This document shows positions 1 through 8,542 of a stretch of 32,219 bases of DNA, in pieces. The number at the start of each line of letters is the position of its first letter. Position 1 is the stretch's first letter. Location of the stretch: contig DEPP01000101.1 of the NCBI GenBank assembly GCA_002358835.1, forward strand, positions 6,271 through 38,489, given 5' to 3'. The DNA is from Bacteroidales bacterium UBA3389. GTDB taxonomy: Bacteria > Bacteroidota > Bacteroidia > Bacteroidales > P3. The position numbers and the translations under genes were made by a program. Below the pieces are notes generated by a model that searched no databases, was not told the DNA's origin, and worked only from the letters and a program-made list of their open reading frames with translations.

Positions 1-141
1 GCGATGAATCGTGTGATTGAGCGATGGGAACTTAATTCGAGAGAATTGACTCTTGATGTTGCAAGCTATAAATCGGGAACATATTTCATCATAATCAAAA
101 CCGACAAAGGCTCATTAACGAAGAAATTCATTGTAAGATAG
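1..141 (+). CDS. 3' end of a secreted protein carrying a type IX secretion C-terminal sorting domain (CTD); the 5' part lies outside the window
   Basis: Frame 1 is open from base 1 to TAG at 139-141. The translation ...LDVASYKSGTYFIIIKTDKGSLTKKFIVR* shows the G-x-Y-hydrophobic-run and terminal K-x-hydrophobic-hydrophobic-basic pattern typical of Por_Secre_tail CTDs. It lies directly upstream of porU-porV. Confidence 0.6.
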   Translation, partial: AMNRVIERWELNSRELTLDVASYKSGTYFIIIKTDKGSLTKKFIVR

Positions 142-160
142 AACAGAAAACAAGGATAAC

Positions 161-199
161 AAGAAAAGGAAATGCGATTTGCGTTTCCTTTTTTCTTGT
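161..199 (+). terminator. Rho-independent terminator of the CTD-protein gene
   Basis: The stem GGAAATGC (168-175) pairs with GCGTTTCC (181-188), 7 Watson-Crick pairs plus 1 G-U, around a 5-nt loop. It is followed by T6 (189-194), and flanking A/T pairs extend the stem. Confidence 0.6.
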
Positions 200-212
200 T
201 CAAAAGCTCGGT

Positions 213-300
213 AAAATAATTCTTTGTTTTAATTTCCTGAAATCAAGTTTCATTCGAACGAAATCAAGAAACAATTTCCTAAAACAAAGAGTTATTTTTG
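213..300. repeat. Intergenic modular repeat, copy A (long form bounded by an inverted repeat)
   Basis: AAAATAATTCTTTGTTTTA (213-231) and TAAAACAAAGAGTTATTTT (280-298) form a 19-nt inverted repeat around a core with two GAAATCAAG units. The CAA(A)G guanines at 247, 268 and 289 are exactly 21 bp apart. The same modules occur at five other loci. Confidence 0.8.
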
Positions 301-448
301 AGTTTCTAAAATTCATGAAATGAGATTCAGTTTTACTCTTTACCGTTATGCTGAATAATAACTTGATAAAACGAAGAACGAATATTCATTCTTTATGCCG
401 TTTATATACAATAAATCACTGTTTTTGTTGTTTTAAGTATGTTAAAGA

Positions 449-3400
449 TTGGATATGAGATACAGACTGTTATTTATTTTTTTGTTTGTTTTCGCTTGTG
501 GACTTAATGCACAAACGTTTCATCCCGAAAACTCTGTTCTTTCTTCGGGCAATTGGTATGCGGTAAGTATTCCGAGTTCAGGGGTTTATAAACTTACGCG
601 TGCTGATTTTGTTGCTTTGGGTGTGGCTGAAGAGGAAATAAATTTTGATAATCTTTCGATATTTGGTCGAGGTGGCAAGGCGATAAGAGAGATAAATGCC
701 GAGAATGAGTATTCGGATTTGAGGGAAAAAGCGATTTATGTCAATAATGGAAGCAATCCGTACGTTCTTTTCTATGCCAATGGAACTATGTCAGTGGATT
801 TTGATTTCCAAAACAAGAATTTTGACTTCGAAGTCCATCCTTATTCCGACCAAGCCACATATTTCATCACTTTTGATGCACAGATAGGAGAAAAGAAAAG
901 GATAACGGCTCGTCAAGGTTGTGAATTTGAAAACGCAATCGAAAAAAGCACCGAACGAGATGTGTTTATACACAAACGGGAGTTGATGAATTTTAATTCA
1001 AGTGGGAGACGTTGGGCAGGAGAAGCCTTTTCGACAATTACAACCGAGGTTTCGGTGCCGATGTTTCTTCAAAATGTAAACATTTCGGAGCCGATTGAAT
1101 TGAAACTTTCTTTGTTCAATCAAAGCGAAACTCCGTCTAAGTTTCATATAAGTTTGAATAACAATTCCGTTGGTACGATAAACGCTTTGAAAACGCCTCA
1201 AGATTATGCCGCATACAATGCGGTGAGTAATTTTGTTTGTAATGTAAGCGGTGAAAACAATAGTTTGAAAATCAATTACGAAGGACAGGAAAGAGGACGT
1301 TTGGATTATGTTAAAGCACAATACATAAAGAATCTTCGATATAATAATTCGTCATTGACGTTTTACACAACCTTTGCAACCGATTCAGAGGTAGAATACG
1401 CGATAAGCAATGTGAAAAACGATGCGTTCAAGATTTGGATTGTCGATGGTGAGGATGTGAGTCTTGTTTCCGATTATGAGAAAAATGCGGAAGAAGTAAG
1501 GTTTGCTCTTTCTCAAGGTGGATTACGAAGAATCATTATGTTTTCGGGTTCAAACTTTCCAACACCTGCCCTGAAAGGTAAAATTGAAAATCAAAATCTT
1601 CATTCTTGGTCGGCAACAGACTTTGTGATAGTTACAGCACCTCAATTTCTTGCTCAAGCGGAAGAGCTTGCCGAATTGCATCGACAACATGACGGTATTT
1701 CTGTTCAAGTTGCAACAACGACTCAGGTTTATAACGAATTTTCATCGGGAACAAAGGATTTTCTTGCAATTCGTGAACTGATGAGAATGTTGTATGACAG
1801 ATACGCTTCGGAGAATAAGGCTCCTTCCAATTTGTTGCTTTTTGGTGATGGTACGTTTGATAACAAGAATATTTTGAAATACAACAACAATTTTATCCCA
1901 ACATATCAATCGGAAAGCTCTTTGATAGATGCCGGTTCGTCTTATACGACTGATGATGTGCTGACTTATCTTTCTCCCTACGCAAAAGGAAGAATCATAG
2001 ACACGATGTTGGTTGGTGTCGGTAGGTTTACTGTAAACACTGTTGAGGAAGCGGAAAATATGGTTGATAAGTGTAAGCGTTATATGCAAAAGCAAGATTT
2101 GAGAGAGGGCGTTTGGGGAGATTGGAGAAATGTTGTAACCCTAACGGCTGACGATGCGGACACTTGGGGTGAAAGATATTTTATCGACAATGCAGAAACT
2201 ATTTACTATGAGATAAAGGAAACGAATCCTAATCTTAATGTTGAGAAAATCTATTCCGATGCATATAAGCAGTATTCTTCATCCTCCGGTGCTACTTACC
2301 CCGATGCGAGTAAGGCGATAAATCAAAGAATGAAAAAAGGCAGTCTTTTGCTTAATTATGTCGGACACGGAAGTGATGATCACCTCTCTTCGGAGCGATT
2401 GATAACGATTACGGATATAACGGGTTGGGATAATAAAAACGCATTGCCGATAGTTATTACCTCGACTTGTGAGTTCACTCGATTCGATCGTGCAGATAAG
2501 CAATCGGCAGGGGAATTTGTGCTTTCAAGTGCAAATGGCGGAGGCATAGCTTTAATTTCGGCATCGAGGAAAATTCCTTCTCGAAATGAGATTAACAAGA
2601 ATCTGCATCGCTTTGCTGTTGTGAAAGAAAACGGACGAGGACTTACATTTGGCGAAGTATTTCGTAGAGCAAAGAATGCAACGTCCTTGGTGGTGGAAGA
2701 AAGAAGCTTTGGGTTGTTTGGAGATCCTGCATTGAGAATTGACTTGCCTCGCTATGAAGTGATAACGACTAAGATTAACGGAAAGGCAGTTGGCGATTCG
2801 ATTATTGAAGATACGATAAAGGCTTTATCGACAATGAGCGTAGAGGGTGTGATTGTAGATGAAAACGGAACAAGACTTGATGATTTTGATGGTAAGATTA
2901 TGATTACCCTTTTGGATAAGCTAAGTATATATAGAACATTGGACAATGAGGGCTTGGATACCGACATAGAGTTTGAACAACAAAAAAATATTCTACACAA
3001 AGGAATTGCAAAAGTAATTGGCGGAAGATTCGAATACACTTTTACATTGCCAAAAGATATTGCCTATAACTATGGCAAAGGTAAGATAAGCTATTATGCA
3101 CAGAATGATAGTGTCGATGCGGCTGGCAATTTCACTGAATTTATTGTAGGAGGAATAGATACGAGTGTTGTTGTGGTTGAAACGCGTCCTGATATACGAT
3201 TATATATGAATGATACGAATTTTAGAAATGGCGGTTTGACTGATGAAAATCCTCATTTGTTTGCGATTGTTTCCGATTCGATTGCAATAAGTACAGTAGG
3301 CACAGGACTCGGACACGATATTGTTGCTCGCTTGGACAATGCTGCAAATACGTTTATATTAAATGATTATTTCGAAGTTGATTCCGAAAATCCGAATGCA

Positions 3401-3844
3401 GGTACAATTCGTTATCCTTTTACAGATCTGAGTGAGGGTGAGCATACGCTGACTTTGAAAGTTTGGAATATTTTTAATTTTTCAAATGAAAAGGAAATAA
3501 AATTCGTGGTCAAGTCTTCGAAACGTGGAGAGGAATTTCGTTTGAAAAACTATCCGAATCCGTTTTCTTCTTTTACTAATATAGTTTTGGAACATAATCA
3601 ATCCGATGCTATTTTGTTTGCTGAGCTTATCATATTTAATCAAAATGGTAAGATAATTCTCAAACAAGATATTACGCCTTACGTTGGTACATACACTGTG
3701 GGACCGATACAATGGGACGGAACAACAGAAGGTGGTGAGCGTTTGCAGAATGGGCTCTATTTTGCAAGGATGCGTTTGCGTACTTCAACGGATGAATTTA
3801 TGTCTGAAACCATAAAAATGTCGGTTTTTAACAATAGAAAATAA
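449..3844 (+). CDS. porU: Type IX secretion system sortase PorU (C25/gingipain-like cysteine peptidase)
   Basis: This is a 1131-aa ORF. The ATG at 455 is a more likely start than the TTG at 449. It has a signal peptide (LLFIFLFVFACGLNAQ). A gingipain-type His/Cys dyad context is present: NYVGHGS (His codon 2366-2368) and ITSTCEF (Cys codon 2468-2470). The C-terminus is CTD-like (KNYPNPFSSFTNI ... NGLYFARM). porV follows immediately. Confidence 0.88.
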   Translation: MDMRYRLLFIFLFVFACGLNAQTFHPENSVLSSGNWYAVSIPSSGVYKLTRADFVALGVAEEEINFDNLSIFGRGGKAIREINAENEYSDLREKAIYVNNGSNPYVLFYANGTMSVDFDFQNKNFDFEVHPYSDQATYFITFDAQIGEKKRITARQGCEFENAIEKSTERDVFIHKRELMNFNSSGRRWAGEAFSTITTEVSVPMFLQNVNISEPIELKLSLFNQSETPSKFHISLNNNSVGTINALKTPQDYAAYNAVSNFVCNVSGENNSLKINYEGQERGRLDYVKAQYIKNLRYNNSSLTFYTTFATDSEVEYAISNVKNDAFKIWIVDGEDVSLVSDYEKNAEEVRFALSQGGLRRIIMFSGSNFPTPALKGKIENQNLHSWSATDFVIVTAPQFLAQAEELAELHRQHDGISVQVATTTQVYNEFSSGTKDFLAIRELMRMLYDRYASENKAPSNLLLFGDGTFDNKNILKYNNNFIPTYQSESSLIDAGSSYTTDDVLTYLSPYAKGRIIDTMLVGVGRFTVNTVEEAENMVDKCKRYMQKQDLREGVWGDWRNVVTLTADDADTWGERYFIDNAETIYYEIKETNPNLNVEKIYSDAYKQYSSSSGATYPDASKAINQRMKKGSLLLNYVGHGSDDHLSSERLITITDITGWDNKNALPIVITSTCEFTRFDRADKQSAGEFVLSSANGGGIALISASRKIPSRNEINKNLHRFAVVKENGRGLTFGEVFRRAKNATSLVVEERSFGLFGDPALRIDLPRYEVITTKINGKAVGDSIIEDTIKALSTMSVEGVIVDENGTRLDDFDGKIMITLLDKLSIYRTLDNEGLDTDIEFEQQKNILHKGIAKVIGGRFEYTFTLPKDIAYNYGKGKISYYAQNDSVDAAGNFTEFIVGGIDTSVVVVETRPDIRLYMNDTNFRNGGLTDENPHLFAIVSDSIAISTVGTGLGHDIVARLDNAANTFILNDYFEVDSENPNAGTIRYPFTDLSEGEHTLTLKVWNIFNFSNEKEIKFVVKSSKRGEEFRLKNYPNPFSSFTNIVLEHNQSDAILFAELIIFNQNGKIILKQDITPYVGTYTVGPIQWDGTTEGGERLQNGLYFARMRLRTSTDEFMSETIKMSVFNNRK

Positions 3845-3902
3845 TAAAAACAAAAATCTTAACGTTTAGTTTAACGTGTTTAATAAAAATAAGTAAGAAT
3901 CA

Positions 3903-5072
3903 ATGAAAAGAATAGTAATCTTATTGCTGTTAATAAGTTTTTCAATAAAAGGTTTCTCACAATTGACTAACCCGGATGCTGATGTGGACTGGTTGACCGG
4001 TAAGGTGGAAGATGGTAGTAGAATAATAAGTACAGGAGTGCCTTTGTTGTTGATTGCACCTGACTCTCGTGCCGGTGCTTTGGGTGATTTAGGTGCTGCT
4101 AGTACTCCTGATGCGAACGCTATTCATTGGAATGCTTCGAAGTTGTCTTTCATGGAAAAGAACGCCGGATTAACCTTTACTTATTCTCCTTGGTTGCGAG
4201 AGATAGTGTCAGATATTAAATTGATGTATCTTAGTGGTTATTTCCGCATTGATGATAGAAGTACTATTGGAGCGTCCTTGACATATTTTTCTTTGGGTTC
4301 GATAGACTTTTTTAGTGAAGAAGGGGTTTCAACAGGTACTTATAAACCTAATGAGTTTGCGATAGACCTTGCTTATTCGATGAAATTGTCAGAAAATTTG
4401 GCATTAGCTCTTACCGGACGTTACATTCGCTCGGATTTAACTCAAGGACAGAATGTAGGAACAACAGCAACACATGCTGCAAATGCTGCTGCGGCTGATT
4501 TGGGTTTGTATTATCAAAATACATTCGGAGATGAGTTACCTTCGGAATATGCATTTGGTTTGCAGATTTCAAATCTTGGTACAAAGATTTCTTATTCCGA
4601 TAATATGGAAAGTGCATTCTTGCCTGCAAATCTTAGATTGGGCGGACGCTATACAATGAACTTCGATCAGTTTAATAGTTTGTCTATAATGGCTGATGTA
4701 AACAAATTGTTGGTTCCAACACCTCCCGTTCTTGATGAAAATGGAGATATTTATGCAGGTATGGATCCGAATGTCGGAATTGTGCAAGGTGCAATACAAT
4801 CATTCTATGACGCTCCTAATGGGTTGAAAGAAGAGTTGCAAGAGTTTACATTGTCGGTAGGTGCTGAGTATTGGTATAACAAGATATTGGCAGTGCGTGC
4901 GGGATACTTCTATGAAGCACCCAATAAGGGAGCAAGACAATATCTGACTCTTGGTGCAGGTTTACGATATAACGTTATGGGATTAGATGTCAGTTATTTG
5001 ATTTCTACAGCCGCACTAAACAACAATCCTTTGAAAAATACATTGAGAGTATCTTTATCTTTCGATTTATAA
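3903..5072 (+). CDS. porV: Type IX secretion outer-membrane beta-barrel shuttle protein PorV (LptO)
   Basis: This is a 389-aa ORF with a signal peptide (LLLLISFSIKGFSQ). It has alternating beta-strand character and a C-terminal aromatic-rich barrel end (LRVSLSFDL). The conserved porU-porV adjacency supports the call. Confidence 0.82.
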   Translation: MKRIVILLLLISFSIKGFSQLTNPDADVDWLTGKVEDGSRIISTGVPLLLIAPDSRAGALGDLGAASTPDANAIHWNASKLSFMEKNAGLTFTYSPWLREIVSDIKLMYLSGYFRIDDRSTIGASLTYFSLGSIDFFSEEGVSTGTYKPNEFAIDLAYSMKLSENLALALTGRYIRSDLTQGQNVGTTATHAANAAAADLGLYYQNTFGDELPSEYAFGLQISNLGTKISYSDNMESAFLPANLRLGGRYTMNFDQFNSLSIMADVNKLLVPTPPVLDENGDIYAGMDPNVGIVQGAIQSFYDAPNGLKEELQEFTLSVGAEYWYNKILAVRAGYFYEAPNKGARQYLTLGAGLRYNVMGLDVSYLISTAALNNNPLKNTLRVSLSFDL

Positions 5073-5084
5073 ATCTTTAGAAAA

Positions 5085-5564
5085 ATGAAATTAAAGGTTG
5101 GGATAGGATACGATGTTCATCGTTTGAAAGAAGGAACCTCTCTTGTGCTTGGGGGAATAGAAGTTCCATCTGAGTTGAGCAGTGTAGGACATTCCGATGC
5201 TGATTGTTTGATTCATGCAATTATAGATGCAATGTTAGGAGCTGCAAATCTGAGAGATATAGGCTATAATTATCCCGATTCGGATCAAAGATTCAAGGGA
5301 ATGGATTCAAAAATCCTTTTAGCGGATTCCCATAAGAAAATCACAGAACAAGGATATAAAATTGAGAATATTGATTCTACGATTTGTTTGCAAACACCTA
5401 AGATTGGCAAATACATAGAGCAGATGCAGGAATGCCTTTCAAAGATTCTCTCATTGGATAAGGATGATTTAACTATTAAGGCAACAACAACAGAACGTTT
5501 AGGCTTTGTTGGCGATAGCAGTGGTATTGCTGCCTATGCGGTTTGTCTGCTTTCCAAAGAATAA
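5085..5564 (+). CDS. ispF: 2-C-methyl-D-erythritol 2,4-cyclodiphosphate synthase
   Basis: The protein is 159 aa. It carries GIGYDVHRL and GHSDADCLIHAIIDAMLGA, the hallmark IspF metal and substrate motifs. Confidence 0.95.
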   Translation: MKLKVGIGYDVHRLKEGTSLVLGGIEVPSELSSVGHSDADCLIHAIIDAMLGAANLRDIGYNYPDSDQRFKGMDSKILLADSHKKITEQGYKIENIDSTICLQTPKIGKYIEQMQECLSKILSLDKDDLTIKATTTERLGFVGDSSGIAAYAVCLLSKE

Positions 5565-5591
5565 ATTTACACGATTTATTTAGCGTTTTAC

Positions 5592-8054
5592 TTATTGCGG
5601 ATCTATGTCCGTGATGATTCTGAATTGCTTGCTTGGATGTGTAGCAAGTATTTCTTCATTCAGTTGCATTATTTCTTTTTTTGCTTTCTCGTATGAAGCG
5701 GTTCTTTCCAATTTCAAAATGATGTTTTTTATGTAAAGGTTTCGGATTTTACTGATAGGAGGGTATTCTGGTCCTAAGATACGTCCACCGAATATCATTC
5801 TGATTTTTTCGGAATAAAGTTTTGCAAAATCATCTAAGTCTTTTGAGTCTTTGGATTGCAAACTTATCTTAACCAACCTATAAAACGGTGGATAATGAAA
5901 CAATTTTCGCTCGACTATTTGATTGTCGTACATTGCTCGATAGTCGTTATTGCATACATCCTTAAAGACTTTATGATATGGATTAAAAGTTTGAATAATC
6001 GCTTTGCCTTTTTTTTCGCTTCTTCCGCTTCTTCCGGCAATTTGTGTTAAAAGAGAAAAACTTCTTTCGTAAGCTCTAAAGTCGGGAAAGTTCAACATGT
6101 TGTCAATATCAATTACTCCAACCAAGCCAACATTATCAAAGTCAAATCCTTTGCTTATAATCTGTGTTCCACATAATATATCAGTCTTTCCGCTTTCGAA
6201 ATCATCTATTATTTTCTTGTAAGAGTCTTTGTTTTTTGTGGTATCCAAGTCCATTCTCGCAACATTGGCATTAGGAAAGTATTTCTTGATTTCTTCTTCA
6301 ATCTTTTCACTTCCATTACCGAACATTCTAAGAGAATGACTATGACATTGCGGACATTCATTCGGTATCGGCATATTGTTTCCACAATAATGGCAGTTCA
6401 GAACAGAAGTATGCTTGTGTACAGTCAAAGAAACATCACAATTAGGACACTTTGCAGTCCAACCGCATACTTCACAACGAATTGAAGATGCAAATCCTCT
6501 TAAATTCTTAAAAAGAATGACCTGACTTTTTTCTTTCAAAGCATTTTCAATCGCAACGAGTAATGGTTCTGAGAAAATGGAATACATTCTGTTTTGCTTG
6601 TAACACTCTTTCAAATCAATCAATTGGATATCCGGTAGTTTGCTTTCGGTATATCTTTTTGTTAATTGAACGTAGTTAAATCGTCCTATTTCTGCATTGA
6701 AGAAACTTTCAACCGATGGAGTTGCCGAACCAAGAACAACTTTTGTCCCTTTGGTATGAGCAAGATAAAGAGCTGCATCTTTTGCATTGTATCTTGGTGA
6801 GGGTTCTGTTTGTTTGAATCCGCTATCATGTTCTTCGTCAACAATTATAAGGCCTAAATCGGTAAACGGAAGAAAGATTGAAGCCCTTGAACCTATGATT
6901 ACTCTGTAACTTTTATCAAAATCTTTCTCTTTTATTTTATTCCAAATTTCTACTCTCTCATCTTTAGAGAAACGACTATGATATACCCCGACTTTAGAGC
7001 CGAAATAATTTTCCAAGCGATTGAGTAAATGAGTGCTGAGTGCAATTTCAGGAAGAAGATACAAAACTTGTTTGCCTTCTTCCAATGCTTTTGCAATCAG
7101 TTTTATGTAAACTTCTGTTTTTCCACTGCCTGTAACTCCATGAAGTAAACTTATCGGTCGTTCATTCCACGAATCTGTGATTATTTTATAGGCATTTGCT
7201 TGTTCGCTATTTAGTTTGATTTCGTCAGAGCTACATTTTGAGTTTCTTTCTTGCAATCTGCTGTATGCCAAACGTTCTATTGCTAAAATATCTTTTTTGA
7301 TGAGTGTTTTTAATGAGTTAATAAGGGCGTTGTTTCTTTGTTGAAAGTCGATACGTTTTACAAAGCCATTTTTTTTGTAATCGGATATGAATCTCAATAA
7401 TACATCCAATTGATTCTTTGCTGATTTTGAGTTCTCCAATTCTGCTATCCGTTTTTTTAACTCTGCATCGGTTTGACATCTTTCACCAAAAACCAAATAG
7501 TCTTCTAATTTAGGAGAGTATTTATCAAAAAGCTGTTCATCAGCAATAAGTATTTGCTTGTTTAATAGCTTGTTTATTGTCGAAATAGTGCTATTTAGTT
7601 TAAGTATTTTCGATATGGAATCTATATCAACGCTCTTTTTCTTGTCGATATAGTCCAATACCTTTAGTTCTTCTTCAGATAAATCATCAGCACTGCCGGA
7701 GAATTCAGGTGAAATAAGTAACTTTGTTTCGCTTTTCAATCTGAAAGCCACCGGTAGCGCGGCTGTCATCACATCTCCAATGCTACACAAATAGTAATCT
7801 GCAATCCATTGCCAAAAAGTCAGATTTTCTTGAGATATAATAGGTTCACAGTCCAATAAATCCAAAATAAATTTCACACTATAAGCATTCGGAACTCTGT
7901 TGTGTAGCTCCGAAACTATTCCACTGTAGATTTTTTTTTTGCCAAATTGGACTGCAACTCTACAACCGACCTTTACATATTCGCAAAGCTCTTGTGGAAT
8001 TCTGTAGGTGAAACTTTGAGGTAGATGAAGTGGTAGAATTACTTCGCAAAACAT
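5592..8054 (-). CDS. priA: Primosomal protein N' (replication restart helicase PriA)
   Basis: The protein is 820 aa. It has Walker A LHGVTGSGKTEVY, a DEEHD box, and a Cys-rich zinc-binding insert (CEVCGWTAKCPNCDVSL...CHYCG...CPQCHS). Confidence 0.95.
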   Translation of the reverse strand: MFCEVILPLHLPQSFTYRIPQELCEYVKVGCRVAVQFGKKKIYSGIVSELHNRVPNAYSVKFILDLLDCEPIISQENLTFWQWIADYYLCSIGDVMTAALPVAFRLKSETKLLISPEFSGSADDLSEEELKVLDYIDKKKSVDIDSISKILKLNSTISTINKLLNKQILIADEQLFDKYSPKLEDYLVFGERCQTDAELKKRIAELENSKSAKNQLDVLLRFISDYKKNGFVKRIDFQQRNNALINSLKTLIKKDILAIERLAYSRLQERNSKCSSDEIKLNSEQANAYKIITDSWNERPISLLHGVTGSGKTEVYIKLIAKALEEGKQVLYLLPEIALSTHLLNRLENYFGSKVGVYHSRFSKDERVEIWNKIKEKDFDKSYRVIIGSRASIFLPFTDLGLIIVDEEHDSGFKQTEPSPRYNAKDAALYLAHTKGTKVVLGSATPSVESFFNAEIGRFNYVQLTKRYTESKLPDIQLIDLKECYKQNRMYSIFSEPLLVAIENALKEKSQVILFKNLRGFASSIRCEVCGWTAKCPNCDVSLTVHKHTSVLNCHYCGNNMPIPNECPQCHSHSLRMFGNGSEKIEEEIKKYFPNANVARMDLDTTKNKDSYKKIIDDFESGKTDILCGTQIISKGFDFDNVGLVGVIDIDNMLNFPDFRAYERSFSLLTQIAGRSGRSEKKGKAIIQTFNPYHKVFKDVCNNDYRAMYDNQIVERKLFHYPPFYRLVKISLQSKDSKDLDDFAKLYSEKIRMIFGGRILGPEYPPISKIRNLYIKNIILKLERTASYEKAKKEIMQLNEEILATHPSKQFRIITDIDPQ

Positions 8055-8087
8055 CGTTTGCTTATCTTAGGTTTATAAAAAATGAAA

Positions 8088-8537
8088 TCAATTAGAGTAT
8101 ATCAACAAAACTCTTTCATCATTTCTTAAATACAAGGTGTCATTTTCTATAACGTAATTATTAACCTTGTCAAGTGTTTGCATATATTTGGACTCGATAT
8201 TCATCGTTTGCTGAGGACAAGCCATTAGAGTAGAAGACATTTCTTTGAAAATAAGCTTGTTGTTTTTGATGGTAAACTTTCCAAAATAACGATTGCAGGC
8301 TGAAAATCCGCTTACGTTTTCCGGTTCTGATGTCATAAGCAAGGTTATTCTCTCATTCTCCTCATTATATTTCATTTTACTCGAACCGATCTTTTCTAAT
8401 TTCCATTCTGTTCCGAAGATAGATGGTTCATTACTGATAGTGTTGTTTTCTTGTTTTGAAACAGAACAAGAGGTTGCGGTGATATTCAACGCAAGAATCA
8501 GAAAGAAATGTCTTAAACCAAATTTCATTTTACTCAA
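8088..8537 (-). CDS. META domain (HslJ-like) lipoprotein
   Basis: The protein is 149 aa. It has a lipoprotein signal (LALNITATSC) and the META-type pattern GTEWKL...SGFSACNRYFGKFTI...L.F....STLMACP. Confidence 0.7.
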   Translation of the reverse strand: MSKMKFGLRHFFLILALNITATSCSVSKQENNTISNEPSIFGTEWKLEKIGSSKMKYNEENERITLLMTSEPENVSGFSACNRYFGKFTIKNNKLIFKEMSSTLMACPQQTMNIESKYMQTLDKVNNYVIENDTLYLRNDERVLLIYSN

Positions 8538-8542
8538 ACTAT

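Noticed and set aside
213-300. The intergenic repeats interpreted as a CRISPR array or as a Bacteroides-style invertible promoter (fimS-like switch)
   Set aside because: The CRISPR reading fails because the units are contiguous and degenerate, there are no unique spacers, there are at most 5 units per locus, and no cas genes are present. The invertible-promoter reading fails because the segment between the inverted arms is only 29-48 nt and has no clear promoter, no site-specific recombinase gene lies nearby, and copies B and C have no inverted arms at all. Orientation heterogeneity in reads would reopen this idea.
7931-7940. A T10 homopolymer (A10 on the coding strand, encoding GKKKIY) inside priA, as a possible slipped-strand phase-variation tract
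   Set aside because: The frame is intact through an essential-type housekeeping gene. A/T runs of 8-10 nt are common throughout this A/T-rich window. Only read-level length heterogeneity would make it interesting.
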